DNA of 64,000 nt from Psilocybe cubensis (Eukaryota), in assembly GCA_017499595.2 (NCBI GenBank), contig CM039001.1, positions 2,914,001-2,978,000 on the forward strand, written 5' to 3'. The position numbers were made by a program, and so were the translations under genes. How positions within the stretch are numbered: the first letter of the stretch is position 1; each line of letters begins with the position of its first letter. The notes beneath the pieces are model-generated. The model worked only from the letters and a program-made list of their open reading frames with translations, was not told the origin of the DNA and did no database searches. Positions 47,501-61,078 of this stretch are shown here, one piece after another.

Positions 47501-48158
47501 AGAGTTATCAGTTTGCAAGGTCTTTCAACGAAGACAAGGATCTCCGCACTGGCTTGTGGAAAGTTGGTAAGTGCTTGTGTGCCTTTAGAACATGGCAATT
47601 ATTGATAAATATACAATATACAGGGTTTATGAAACATCTTCCCAACTTGTTGAAACAAGAGTCAAGTAGCGCTGCTACTTTGGTTCATGTCCTTTTGCGA
47701 ATGTATCATGATACACGGCCGGAGCACCAGGCTGCCCGTCCACAAATCGCTGAGCGATTGGTCCCGTAAGTACACTCATACCACTTTTATGACAATGTCT
47801 AACATGTTTCGATGCAGCCTTGGCGTTGGGGTCCTTCGAGACTTTAACAAACTGAAGGCGGATACTCAAAGTAAAATGATCCAAGCATGGACACCTGTCG
47901 TGGCTGCAACTCTAGATGGGTTCTGCCGCTTCGACCGCCAAGACGTAAGTAAAATCAGTGTATTGAAAAATTGGTATATGGTGTGCTAAACGAGAAAAAT
48001 AAACCAAAAAACAACAGTTCTCACAGTACCTGACGGTTATTTACCCTCTCGCCACGGATCTCCTGTCGCGGGATATTGCGCCAGAAGTTCGCGAGCCGCT
48101 GAAAACGTATTTCGAGCGAGTTGGCTACGTCAAACGTATTATAGATACCGAGCCATGA
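41549..48158 (+). CDS. SEC7: Sec7/BIG-type ARF guanine-nucleotide exchange factor, multi-exon
   Basis: DCB ([12 protein letters not shown]), HUS (YLNYDCD), Sec7 domain ([37 protein letters not shown]), HDS regions ([26 protein letters not shown]). Confidence 0.97.
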
Positions 48159-48274
48159 GTTTGACTGGACCCCGATATTTTTCTCTTCCATCACTACATT
48201 ATTTATACAAATTATTGCACCGTCGGATGTCCCCAGGAATAATGCTTTAAGGATTATGCACTTCTCCAATGATA

Positions 48275-51200
48275 TTAATAACCTGTATACCCTTGATAAG
48301 ATTGGCCCCATGTAGGTGTCTGTCCATTCAATCCTGCAGGAAATAACCATCAGTTATAAGACCAAGGAAAACACACATTTGAGTAAATTTACCATTTGTT
48401 CCAGTAGAAGAGTTTTCGTTATCGTTCGCAAAAGTTCCGGACTTCATCTGCGCAAAGACATTTGCTGGCGAGGTATTATTGGTTTGATTGTTATTAGGAA
48501 GTGGCGGGGGCGACGAGAGTCCACCGAAATTGGGGAAACTCGATTGGTTGGAAGGTGTTGGGTTGAATCCTGTGATATCTGCAAAAAAAAATTAAAATAC
48601 TGAGATGCAAGAGAGAATCTGCGACTCACGACTTTGAAGAGGTTGTGACCCAATGCCATTGGTAGGCCCAAAGTTGCTGTTAAACACACCGGTAGGTTGG
48701 GACATCATAGGTTGTTGAGGCTGGAAGCCAGTTGGCTGAGACATCATCGGCGTGAATCCCGTCGGTTGCGACATCAATGGCTGATGGCCACCACCCCCAA
48801 ACCCAGTCGGCTGCGTGGACAAGAACGACGGCGCACCGAGTGTGCTCTGGAACGGCGACGGCGAGGAGTTGAGTGTCGGCTTCGTGGGTATGAAGCCGCC
48901 AAAGCCGGTTTGCGTCGGTATCAGTGGCTGCAGCAGAGATTGGTTGGCGGGCACGGGCGCGAAGGGGCCTCGAGGCCCGTTATATGGTTGTGGCTGCGTC
49001 GCGGGGGGTGAAAGTGTGGGCTGGATGGAAATCTGGCCCATTGGCAGAGGTGAGGAAGACATGCCGAACCCAGCGCGGTAGCTTGCTGGAGGGACAACAC
49101 TGACGGGGGACGGCGTGAGATTGACCACCGGCGGCTGAGGCGTGGTATTCTGCCGGAGGGCACTGAGGCGCGCGAGTTGGTTGAAGATGTCGGTGTCGGT
49201 TGTGTTGGCGAGACTGGGCGTCGTTGTCGTTGTCGTTGTCGGCGTCGGCACGGGCGGCGTAGCCACTACAGCCGGTGCGGGCGTGGTTTGGGGTGGTGGC
49301 GCTGATACGGTGGGAGTTGGTGTAGGTTGAGGTTGAGCGGCGGGAGCAGCGGCGGGCGCAGGTGTAGGGACCAGAGGCTGCGTCTGTGGAGGAGCAGAAG
49401 GTGTCCGGTTGGGAGGCGGCGAGCTGACAGGTTTCGTTGAGCTTGGCCGATTTGTCCACGCATCATCGTCAAATCCGCTGACAGGGGCAGCCGAGCTCGG
49501 GCGAGCGGGTAACGTAGCTGACTGAGCAGTCGCAGGACTCTGAGCCAAAGGTGAAGTAGTACGCTGTATAGACTCTGGGACAGACCCAATAGCCTTCATA
49601 TCGACAGTCGAGAGCGGCAAACTCTTGTTTGGCTGTGGGCGCCCGCGTCGCGGTTTGAGCACACCGCCAGGCCCAGCGAAAAGGTTGGGTGCTGCTGCCT
49701 TGGGGCCGCCATTTTCTTGAGCTTGTAATGCCCGTGCATATTCCTCGTCCATGCGCAGCTGTTCTTCGACGCGTGGGTTGGGCTTGTTCAGGTTGTCAGT
49801 GGGCTTACGCTTTTCGATAGCCTTCTTCACTCTGATGATGTCTCCTTCCCTCAGACCCAATGACCGCATTGTGCCTTCAGTAATATCAGCAAGAAGCGTT
49901 TCGTCGATCTTGTCCTTCTCAAAGGAGGATGCGTAGCGGGTACAGTCGTCCAAGTCGCATCCGGCCGAAAGGAAGAAGTCGAACCAATCAATCTTCGGAG
50001 CTTTCTTCGGCGGCGGAGTCGAGGTAGCTCTCTGCTGTTGCTGTTGCTGCTGTTGGGACGAAGAGGACGAAGAGCTCGTCGCATGCTTGCCCTTGACGGA
50101 AAGTGCGAGAGGGATGTCATCTTCTGATAAGCCAGGCACATTGGAAGGGCGCTGCTTTACCTTCTCGAGGTACCGTTCGACGTAGCGCATGTCGTCCAGC
50201 GACATCTTCTCGGAGGGAACTTCGACAACCACACCGTTCACTTTGTGCAGACGCAATTTACCGTTGTTGAAGCCCAGGAAGGCAGCTTCGACGCGGAATT
50301 GGCCGGTGCGGTCGTGCCAGATGCGAGTGCTCTCTGGGGGTGGCCCTGCAAGGAATAGACAAATGTTTAACCTCAATATTATTAAATCTGTTCGTGTTAA
50401 ACTTACGGGTGGCTTCTGTCGAAGTCCTTGAATTGGAAGTGGTTGGCGAACGTGAAGAGTCTGCGGATACAGGCGAACGCGTCCTAAATTGTTAACAATT
50501 TAGCGCTGGTCTTTTTCATGCTGCAAGACAAGCAAAAGCTTACGTGGGTGGTGTGGAAACACGAGCTGCAGCGGCTGCCTCCTTTCGCTTTTGCCGTTCA
50601 GCTTCAGCGGCTAGTGCAGCCTCCTTGGCTTTCTGTTGTGCCTGTGCTTTGCGCGCAGCCGCGGCGGCCCGCTTCTTCTCCTCCTCTTCTTGTTGAAGCC
50701 GGTCCTCTTCTTGCTGTCTAGCTAATTCCCGAGCTGCCCGGTCTTCCGCTTCCCGGTCAACAGAAGCCACGGCTGGCGTGCTGCTTGCTGGAGCAGCGCC
50801 AGACTCCTGAAAACATAGTCAATTCGTGTTATTGTGCGATGTAATCAGACAAAAATCACCTCAAGATATGATGCTGGCACGACACCCTCGACACCCTGTG
50901 CATTCCTGCATTTCCACCACTCATCGCCGTCCTTTTCCAAAATTGTGAGTTGTTCACCCTCCTTCACAGTAAGCTCGTCTTCGCCATCCGCGGTAAAGTC
51001 ATAGAGCGCAACTGCCGCTGATGAAGATGCAGCAGCAGGCCTGGCAGGGGTTGGAGGGACAGCGCGGGGTGGTATGGCCTGACTAGAAGGAGGTTCATAC
51101 TCCTCTTCTTCTTCCTCTTCCTCGTCATCCTGCCCTTGATCTGGGATAATAACGGGTCCTGCTGCAGAAAAGTGAACACTCTTCGGATCACGGGCTGAAG

Positions 51201-52308
51201 TATCCGCACCCCTGCCGGACGGGGAGTCCTCTTCGTGAACAGCGCCACCTGAGGAGAGAGCTTTGGAGGTGTTTAGTTTGGATATAATGGCATCTGCGTT
51301 GTCTTTGGAGCCCGCATGGAAGTGGAGGGTTATGGGATTGGCGCCACCGATGTTGATCGTAACGTGTTTAGCTTTCTCAGAAGTAACGGAGGACACATCT
51401 TTCGTTTGCCATTTCTGAACTGGAGTCTATTGTTATTGAGGGTGTGATGTTCAGATATAGAACCTAGGTAAAGGAGGGACAGCAGGCGCACCTTGTCTGC
51501 TTCACTGATGAAGTATACCGCACCCTTCCCGATACCTAATGTTCCCTTCTTTTTCTTTCCCTTTTTGTCGATCTCGGATAGGGACCACGTTTGAATATCA
51601 TCTGGATCGGCTTGAGACGCTGCCTTTGTGGATGCGACTCTCTCTGCAGGGTCTACATAGGAGCTGACGGGACGGGGAGGCTAGGATTAAGGCGTGTATT
51701 AGTAGACGTCAAAGACACGACGAAGATGGAGACGCACAGAGTCTGGAACAATGATTCGAGCAGGAGCAGGGGCCGGCGCAGCGGGCTCTTCCTCGCCTGC
51801 GACTTCGACGTAATTGCCTGGGACGTAGCCGGCCTTGCCCTCCTCGTTGGCGTTCTGGACGAGTATCCAGTCCTCCTCGGTGTCGAACACCAGCAACACA
51901 TCGTCTTCGCGAAGAGAAAGCTCGCCGGGAGAGGCTGCTTCGTAGTCGTAGAGTGCTTTCACGACAGACGTGTGCTCTGCCTGTGTATGAGAAATATAAA
52001 AATGAACATGGCCGAGGGGGGAGTGCGTAAGTGGATGTGCTGACCTGCTCAACGTACGCAGCTGGGACGAGCCCAACGGGGCTATCAGACTCTTGGGAGG
52101 AGGACTTTATCTTGACTTTCCACCACCTTGGGTAAGATGAGCGCAGTTGAATATGAAATGAACACGATGACGCTTACTCGTCGTCTACTTTCTCGACGAG
52201 AAGGAGAAGCTGGTCCTCCTTGATGGCTATCTCATCGTCTGACTGGGGCGTATAGTCGTAGGAGGCTTTGAGGATGGCCAGGTAGCTCTCTGGTTCTTCT
52301 GAGGCCAT
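48275..52308 (-). CDS. SLA1: Endocytic adaptor Sla1 (3 SH3 domains, SHD1, SHD2/SAM-like, QPTGF repeats)
   Basis: ASYDYAPQSDDEI, ALYDYEAASPGEL and ALYDFTADGEDEL SH3 domains; RIWHDRTGQFRVEAAFLG..LHKVNGVVVEVP (SHD1); DWFDFFLSAG (SHD2); QPTGF repeats. Confidence 0.95.
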
Positions 52309-52576
52309 GCGAGTGGGTGGTAGATAGGAGAGATGGAGATGTCACACTGCGCCTGGCAATAATTCGCTGGATCACACTGCCGTGATCAGATTCAAGATCA
52401 GCGCGCTACGCTTCCGAGGTTGTGGCGGACGACGCTGACGGACACTGTGTGTGTATCGTGGACGATGGCAAAAAGCAAGTAAAGCGGGACCGAGATGAGT
52501 CGGGGCGAACAAATGTGTTTTGTATATAGCTTGCAGCCGATCAGTGATCACTTTGAAATCTTTTCTGCAGACCACC

Positions 52577-54554
52577 ATGAGCAACTTGAATCCGACTGCC
52601 TTTACTTTCGTTCCCCGTTTTGCTGTCCAACAGCCTCAGCAGCCTCAGCAGCCTCCACCGCCCCCCATTGAGCGTCCGGAGCAGACAGAGGCCCCAAAGC
52701 CAGCCCCAACCATCTCGCTCAACATCGGCGGCGCATCCACCCCTTCACAGCCCCCCAAGGTCCAACCAGCTGCTCCAACACCTCCACCCGTCGCTGCCCC
52801 ATCTCAGCCGCCAGCGCAGCCCCAGGCTCAGGCAAAGGCCGCCAAACCAGCTCAGTCCGCACCCTCAAAAACTTTCTCGACCGAAAAGTCAAAGACCGAC
52901 ACCCAAGCCATCGCCCAGGAAGTGAAGACCCTGGCCGATAAAGCTGTATTGGAGGATCTATACGGAAATCGTACGTCCCATCTTGCCAATCTGCCTCGAT
53001 CCGAGTTACTCATCGGTTCTCGCAGTCAAGGAGCATCTGAACATCGTTTTTATCGGCCATGTCGATGCAGGAAAGAGTACTATGGGAGGCAATCTCCTTT
53101 ACCTCACTGGAATGGTTGACAAGCGGACCATGGAAAAATACGAACGAGATGCAAAGGAAGCCGGTCGTGAGTCGTGGTATCTGAGTTGGGCACTCGACTC
53201 GACGCCGCAGGAAAGATCCAAGGGAAAAACTGTCGAAGTCGGCCGTGCATACTTCGAGACTGACGCCCGCCGCTATACCATCCTTGATGCGCCAGGGCAC
53301 AAGACCTTTGTCCCATCTATGATCTCAGGTGCTGCCCAGGCCGACGTTGCGATCCTCGTTATCTCGGCTCGCAAGGGCGAATTCGAGACGGGCTTCGAAA
53401 GAGGTGGTCAGACGCGCGAACACATCATGTTGGTCAAGACCGCTGGCGTCTCGAAGGTCGTCATCGTCATCAACAAAATGGACGACTCAACCGTGAAATG
53501 GGAGCAATCTCGATATAACGAGATCAGGGACAAAATGATCCCCTTCGTCAAAGCTGCAGGATTCAACCCAAAGACGGACGTCACCTTCATCCCTGTTTCT
53601 GCCTACACCGGTGTCAACCTTAAGGACAGGGTACCAAAAAATGTGTGCTCGTGGTATGAGTAAGTACAGACGACTTTTTTTGTTCTATGTGTTTTATTCA
53701 TCATTGAACAGTGGACCATCCTTCCTGGAGCACATCGACCACATGCCCATGGTGGATCGCAAAATCAACTCTCCTCTCATGATGCCTATATCAGAAAAGT
53801 ACAAAGATATGGGCACAGTCATCGTCGGCAAAATCGAATCAGGACACATCCGCAAAGGTGACAGCCTCATCATGATGCCCAACAAAGTGCCCGTGGAAGT
53901 AGCATCAATATACACCGAGATGGAAGAGGAAGTCGACCGCGCGCTATGCGGTGACAATGTCCGCATCAGGATCCGCGGTGTCGACGATGAAGACATCAGC
54001 CCTGGTTTCGTGCTGACCAGCGCTTCCACGCCGATCCACGCTGTGCGTCAGTTTGAAGCACAGCTGGCTATCCTGGAACACAAGAACATCATCTGTGCTG
54101 GATACTCTGCTGTCATGCACATCCATACGCTTGCTGAGGAAGTGACACTCCCTGTAAGTATACACTAGCCTCATGGTTCTGATCTTCAAATTTTAATTAC
54201 ATTTGTACAGGCTCTCCTGCACTACTTCGACAAGGCAACTGGTAGAAAATCAAAGAAACCACCACAATTTGCCAAGAGAGGCCAAAAGATCGTCGCGCTC
54301 ATCGAAACCGCTCAACCTGTCTGCGTCGAAAGATTCCAAGACTACCCACAATTGGGCCGTTTCACGCTTCGAGACGAAGGTATGTATAGGTTCTCTTTGT
54401 ACTTTTATATGTGATCTCATTTTGATTTTTTTCTCTTCTCCCAGGACGAACGATCGCTATTGGCAAGATCACGAAGCTCATTGAAAATACTACCATCGAG
54501 GAGGTATCAGAGGGCGTCGCTAACATCTCACTTCCTGCTGCCGGTGCCAACTAA
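52577..54554 (+). CDS. SUP35: Eukaryotic peptide chain release factor eRF3 (GTPase)
   Basis: KEHLNIVFIGHVDAGKSTMGG, GKTVEVGRAYFET, DAPGHK, INKMDD, QLGRFTLRDEG; N-terminal PAM2-like LNPTAFTFVP. Confidence 0.97.
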
Positions 54555-54997
54555 GGGGTGTCGTCCATTTGCTAGCTTAGCTTTTTACCCTCATGATATC
54601 ATGACGCCATCACGATGATTGTTCTCTGTACCAATAGCACCTGGAACTTTCTCGTATAACTTACACGCACGGTTGTACTTGCCAGGACGCTGGAACGCAG
54701 CGCTCTGGAACTTTTACCCTGGAATTTGGAAGTATCAGAACCATATCATATAGGCGTTGTTCAATACCAGTAAAAAAATGTTTTAAAAAACGTCTGGAAA
54801 TCACTCAACGAAATCACAAAGAAAATTTGAAATTGATCTATGACGTTTGTCATCAGTTTGTTATCACGTACGCGCCTCGCGCCTTTGATATTTTGCACTT
54901 GCCCACCTACCACTACAACACATATATCGTAATCAATGACTTTGAATTAATTGTCCACACTTACCTTTTAGATACTGACAGGGTCTGAACACTAAAC

Positions 54998-57900
54998 ATG
55001 CAATCTACGTCGTCCCCGTCTGATGAACTCGCTGCTGCACTGGCAGATGCATCTGCACTGCTGGGTTCTTCGCCCTCCCCGTCAAACCCAGCAAAAGACA
55101 TGGAGACCATACTCAAAACCCGTTTATTGGCTTACTACGAACGTCTGAATTTAGACAAGAAACCAGAAGAGATTGCTCAGCTGTCCACATTGGAGGACTT
55201 GCAGATGTTGACTGCACGAGAGGCCCTCACGGTTCTCGCACGCGTGCAAAAGGTGCTTGATCTCGAAGCGAGCGCGGAGAGCGAAGCTCCTGCTAACCAG
55301 GTGCCGTCGATCGGGACGCGGGACCTGGGCCAGTTACGCACTCTGCTCTCCCTCGCATTCAAATGGGACGCCGAGCCCCTCTTCGCGCGCGTCATACAGG
55401 CGTGGCCTGTGACGCCGCACCACACCGGCCCAAAGATCATCGATCTCACCGTCGACGCAGAAGACTATCAGCGCCTTTCCTCACTACTCCTCGCTGTGTT
55501 CGCGCTTGTGTTTCCCGAGGGCGCGGAGGGCCGCATCGCGCAGACGCTGATCACGACGACAATCCTGACACGGCACATCACTGACTTGCTGCTCCCAGCT
55601 ATCTCGCTCGGGTGGCTCCCGCAGGCGCTAGCGGCGTCGAGCGCAATGCCACCGCTGCACGCTGCACGGCCGCTGGTTATGAGGCTGTTGAGACTGTGAG
55701 TCGCGTTTCCGTTCGCGGTTGCATGTCCTGAGTTTACCCGGGTTGAAGATTGACTCCTGCACAGGCGATCGTGGCTCTGGGAGGGATTTTGTCGGCGACG
55801 TCCCCGCCTCCACCGCTGCATACTCGGAAGACTTGTTCGCTTCTTTTGACGAAACAGCTGCTGCGCCCCGAAGGCGTGCCTGGGCTTTGTGAGGCAATGT
55901 TTTCGGCGGAGGAAACGAGCAGCGATGAGGTGAAGGTTGAGAAGCTGGAGCAGATTGCGAAGACGCTGAACACTGTCCCTGCGAATATGAAAGCTCAGGT
56001 AAGTAGCACCACTTTCGCGCCTTTTCTTCGGATTGTGATTGGAATATACGAACAATAGGAGTACTACCCAGTTATTCTACCGAGAGTGCTTAAATTACTC
56101 GTCAATGAAGCGCGAACAAGCTACCGCCGCGCTGCGGCGTTCACCGTCTACCGTGCAATCTCTCCCCAAGATCCTGGACCTGAAGTTAATCAAAAATACG
56201 CCTCCTCAACCATCCTCGATATGTTGCATAAACCACTATTAGAAATATCAGATACATCGCCTGAACAACCGAAGCCTGACCAAACGGCGTTGGCACCCCA
56301 CGAAGCACTCTCGGCTTTGACCATCCTCCTCTCCAACACAGAACCGTCTCCGACATTCATCCCCCGCATTTTGTCTCCCATCGTTTCTGCGCTCTACTCG
56401 CTGCTGTATGACCTTGACCAGGTGAAAACCGCCGACCCGAGATTGAAGGAGTCGGTGACGGGACTTCTAGTTTCGTGGGGCAAGATCGTGGACGAAGGCG
56501 AAGGGAGCAAAATTTTGTGGTCTATTGTGGAAGGCGGCAAGGATGGTGAATGGAAGGTCAACTTGGAAGGACACCTGCGGAAAACGAAAACGTGAGTGAG
56601 ATGGCTTATAAAATTGTGAGCTCTAATTAATTTCTTGAAAAGTGTGGATAAGGCTCCTGGACCCTCCTTGATTTTACCAGGCCAGGATCAAGAAGAAGGA
56701 GAGGAAGATTTTGATGAAGATCTGAATTTATTCAACTTGTACCCAGATCCAATCCATTTCGTGCAATTAATAAAGCAAATCGATCGGGGAGATATAGCGT
56801 CAAGTCTCTTCCTGAAGCTCTTAGAGGACTATCGCGATATGAAAAGTCGCTCTAATGAGGACTCCATGAAGTAAACTCTTGTCATCCTTAGTTTTTTGAG
56901 TTGTTCATTGACATTTTGGAACAAAAGGATATTGCACAAGTTACAGATAATCATGCAAATGCAAAACCGACTTTCCGAAGGAACGACCTCGAATATTCTG
57001 CGCAAGCCAAACCAATTGTTGATGTTCATATTCCATGTACTGGATTCTGCGAATATGTTTATCCAGCAGGATCAGGGCCCCACTAGAGTACCCGCTTCAT
57101 CTAATAATTTGGACGAAGATGAGTTGGAAGAAGGAGACAGCGACGATGAAGATCCCGACTCGGAGGTTATTGGCCCTGATGATGAGTTGATTGAGACTGC
57201 CATCACACTGCTTTTATCGATTCTTGAAGGTCAGTGTATATGATGCTTAATTCAGCAAGTAATGATTTATATTTGAAACAGCGGATGAAACTCTCAGTGC
57301 GCGGACACACCCTATATTTAACGATATATTCTCGAAACTGGAGCTGCTGGCGCTGAAAGGATCGTCTACGCTACGTCCGCTAGCGAGAGAAGCTCGACTT
57401 GTCATCACAGCTCGGTTAGCGGATACCTCTGGGTACAGCAAGTCGAAGAAGAAACCCAAAGGTGACGGAGAAGATGCGCAGGAGACATATCAGAAGGCTT
57501 TGAAGTTGCTACAAGACCCGATCTTACCTGTGCGGGCCCATGGGTTGCTGCTCCTGCGACAACTAGTCAGCCCAGATTTTGCGAAGGATCAGGAACATCA
57601 AAGTGTGAAGAAAGCATTACTGCCTTCTATACTTTCGATATTCTTGCAGGCTGTGCAGGATGAGGATTCCTATATGTTCTTGAACGCTGTGCAAGGTCTC
57701 GCGTCGTTAGTGGATACATATGGGAAAGAAATTTTGCAGGGCCTCGTTAAAGATTATTCAGGAGGATTGAGTGGGCTCGGGGCCGGGAACTTAACACAGC
57801 AAGATGTGGATGTGCGGACGAGGATTGGCGAGGCGCTCAGTTCAGTTATCAAGCGTTGCGGAAGTGCTTTAGGGTTGTACGGTGAGTAAATACTTTCTTG

Positions 57901-58490
57901 GTTACTTTTGTCTGTTAAATTTTTTAAAAAATGTGGCAGTGGACTTGCTTGTGCCGCCATTATTCGCTACTGTCAGAGCCTCTGATGTTCCAACAACATT
58001 ACGCACTTCTTCTTTATCGTTGTTGGCAGATTGCGTGGACACGTATCCATTGGCCATGCTCCCATATCTCGAAGATCTGTGCCAAGCAATGGTGCACCTG
58101 TTACAGATAGAGAGCCTTCCTCTCCGAGAAACAGAGAAGAAAAAGACGAAATCCGAAAATGGAGATGAGGGACAGAAAGAACAAGAACCTTCACCGCCAC
58201 CACCACCGACGATGGACTCAGATCCAACATCTCGGAATAGCAAGTTCCCGCCTTTAAGGCGGGCGGCGCTGCATTTCTTGTCATTACTTATACGATCAGC
58301 CACGAAGTTAGTCTATGATGACACGGATATCAACAGTGCAGCCGCATTCTTTTCAAAAGACGTTATTCGCCGGTTGAGTTTGACATTGGGGTATATCTCG
58401 GTCACTGATCAAGATGATGTCGTCAGGGTAATGGCAAGAGAAGCGAAGGAGAACTTGGAGGGGCTTCAACGGGCAGCGTTTGGTATTTAA
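54998..58490 (+). CDS. RTP1: Rtp1/TANGO6-like HEAT-repeat protein (RNA polymerase II assembly/import), multi-exon
   Basis: LQDPILPVRAHGLLLLRQLV, QDEDSYMFLNAVQGL, RTRIGEAL, LRTSSLSLL, LRRAALHFL, DQDDVVR resemble RTP1 C-terminal motifs. Confidence 0.8.
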
Positions 58491-58777
58491 ATAGGTGATA
58501 GGAATGATAATGGGAAATATTGTACAGGGGTGTATTATTGGATTTTTGTCTACCTCGTATCTGTCTTAGACGCCGTGATCTTCAGCAAAGACTAAGTCAA
58601 TAGGAAGGTAAATTTCAATATCGGTACGTGCCATTAAGACTGGGCCGTTAGCACGGGAAGAGTTGACAGCGCGAGCGCTCATTCCTGTGCCGCCCTGGGA
58701 CCGCGAAAAAGGGAGATACGACGAGAAAGTTCATGGAAAGTCACACAGGGAAAGGGCAGCAATCGTTTGCATAGATA

Positions 58778-59371
58778 TCATGATGAAGGCGGCGTCTGTC
58801 CCACTATCCAGCTGATCTCGTCAACGCGACGTCTGAAATTCTTCCATTTATGACTCCCGACAACAAGAAGTGGTGATTGCTCAGTGCTTCCGTCCATTGA
58901 GTAGTGAAGCTTGAGGAATGGATTTGATATGGAGGAGTAGTACGCCATATGTAGAGCTTTGAATATCTTTGTGGGATGGGTTAGTATGTAGAGGCTTGAG
59001 AGACATGGGAACTCACCATTGTAACCTCGGCGTCACGGACAACTGAATCTGACAACGGCAAGGCAATAACGATCTTTACCTTGAGAGGTGTAATATAGCC
59101 ATAGACCGCTACATCCTCGAGAGCGAACAAGAGCCCTAGGTAGCACTCGGGAGACTTGCCAGCAGCAGCAACTGGAATCAAATCAGCCTGGGTGATGGAA
59201 ATGGCGCCAGTGGAGGTACACACCTCGTTCCTCAATAACATCCAAGCTGGTATGTGCAATGTAATGGTACTTTATCGCGTGTTCATCCTGCTTGACAAAT
59301 GTTCTGATGAGTATAGGCTGGTTCTGAGGGGATATGAATGCAACTGCGTTGAGTTTGAGGGTGGGCGGCAT
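58778..59371 (-). CDS. TCA17: TRAPP complex sedlin-family subunit (TRAPPC2L/Tca17-like)
   Basis: AFISPQNQPILIR, KYHYIAHTSLDVIEER, YLGLLFALEDVAVYGYITPLKVKIV, ALHMAYYSSISNPF. Confidence 0.85.
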
Positions 59372-59473
59372 TGGTAGAGGACAGAGCCCTTATTTGGCCA
59401 TGTTGATCGGCTATGCCTATTTTTGATCCGGATTAGCACTTTCGCTTTTACTCGTTCATTATCTCCAAAAAAA

Positions 59474-60890
59474 ATGTCTGCCAACGTCCCTGACGGCGCT
59501 GCAGCCGCCATTCTCCAGCCATCGCACCCTGTCCCTGACGATGCTATCTCTGTACAGGGACCAAACTTTGATACTCCACAGACTCTGGACAGCTTTTTGA
59601 GCAGCTATGAGCGGATCGGATTTCAAGCTAATAGCCTGGGCAAAGCTATAAAAATCGTCAGCGAGATGGTGCGCTTTCTCCTGATTCGATTCAAAGCCAT
59701 GCTGACCGTACACAGCGAAAATGGCGTCTCTCGGACGAACCTGTGGCAGCTGACGAGTCGGATCATTATCTTGATCCCGAAGTGCGCGCCAATACTCGCT
59801 GCAATGTCTTCCTGGGATACACTTCCAATCTAATTTCGTCTGGACTACGAGAAGTTATCCTCCATCTCGTCAAGCACAAACACGTCTCTGTTCTCGTTAC
59901 TACCGCTGGCGGTATTGAAGAGGACTTTATCAAGTGCCTTGGCAAGACTTACCTGGCTGACTTTAACCTCGACGGCGCGGAGCTGCGCAAAAAGGGCATG
60001 AACAGGATCGGCAATCTTATCGTGCCTAACGATAACTACTGCAAATTTGAGGACTGGCTAACGCCCATTCTCGACACGATGCTTGCTGAGCAGAAAGCGA
60101 CGGGCCAGGTGTGGACACCCAGCCGGTTCATCCACCGCCTCGGCAAGGAGATCAACAACGAAGAATCCGTGTATTATTGGGCATACAAAGTGAGCACGCG
60201 CTTCTACCCTTCACAGCCCCCTTTCCGTCTTTTTTCTTTTATTCGTTATTGGAAACTATTTGCTGGTACCAATGTTTTAAGCTGGCCGTCTTACGCAGAA
60301 TAATATCCCAGTCTTTTGCCCCGCGCTAACGGACGGCTCGATCGGCGACATGATATACTTCCATTCATTCCGATCCCCGGGCCTCATCCTTGATATTGTC
60401 GAGGATATCCGCCGACTCAACGAGCTGTCAAGGACGTCGCGCAAAGCCGGCATGATCGTTCTCGGTGGTGGAGTGTGCAAACACCAGATCGCAAACGCGA
60501 TGCTAATTGTACGTCTCGATTTACTGCCATCGCGGGCGCCCATAGTTTGGAAAACTGACGTGAATGAAGCGTAATGGGGCCGATTACTCCGTTTTCATTG
60601 TGAGAAAACCCTCTTTATTGGACGTAATTTGATTTGGGAGGATCTAATAACGATATAGAACACTGGGCAAGAATTTGATGGTTCGGATTCAGGCGCCCGT
60701 CCTGACGAAGCTGTCTCTTGGGGTAAAATTCGTGCAGGAGCTCAAGCTGTCAAGGTATGCCTGGAATTCACCCTCGATGTACAAATAATCATATTCATTG
60801 ATTAATTAGATATTTGCGGATGCGACCCTAGTCTTCCCAATGCTTGTCGCAGCGACATTTGCCAAAGATGCAGCAAAGAGTCAAACATAG
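59474..60890 (+). CDS. DYS1: Deoxyhypusine synthase
   Basis: [80 protein letters not shown]. Confidence 0.97.
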
Positions 60891-61078
60891 AAAACCAACT
60901 GATATATCCATAGAATAACGAAAGACACATTCTCTGTGATGTCTATGTATCTACTGGCATATACTTGTATTACAGTGCGGAGCAACAGGCGGTAGGAGCA
61001 TAGATAAAAAATAGATGCTGGACCAGATGATGATAACGACGCTGATGATATACGATCAACTTGTAAATTCTAAGTCAT

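Noticed and set aside
48697-50431. Plus-strand ORFs overlapping SLA1 (and similar ones opposite SEC7, AlaX and the aminotransferase)
   Set aside because: Antisense or alternative-frame shadows of GC-rich coding exons
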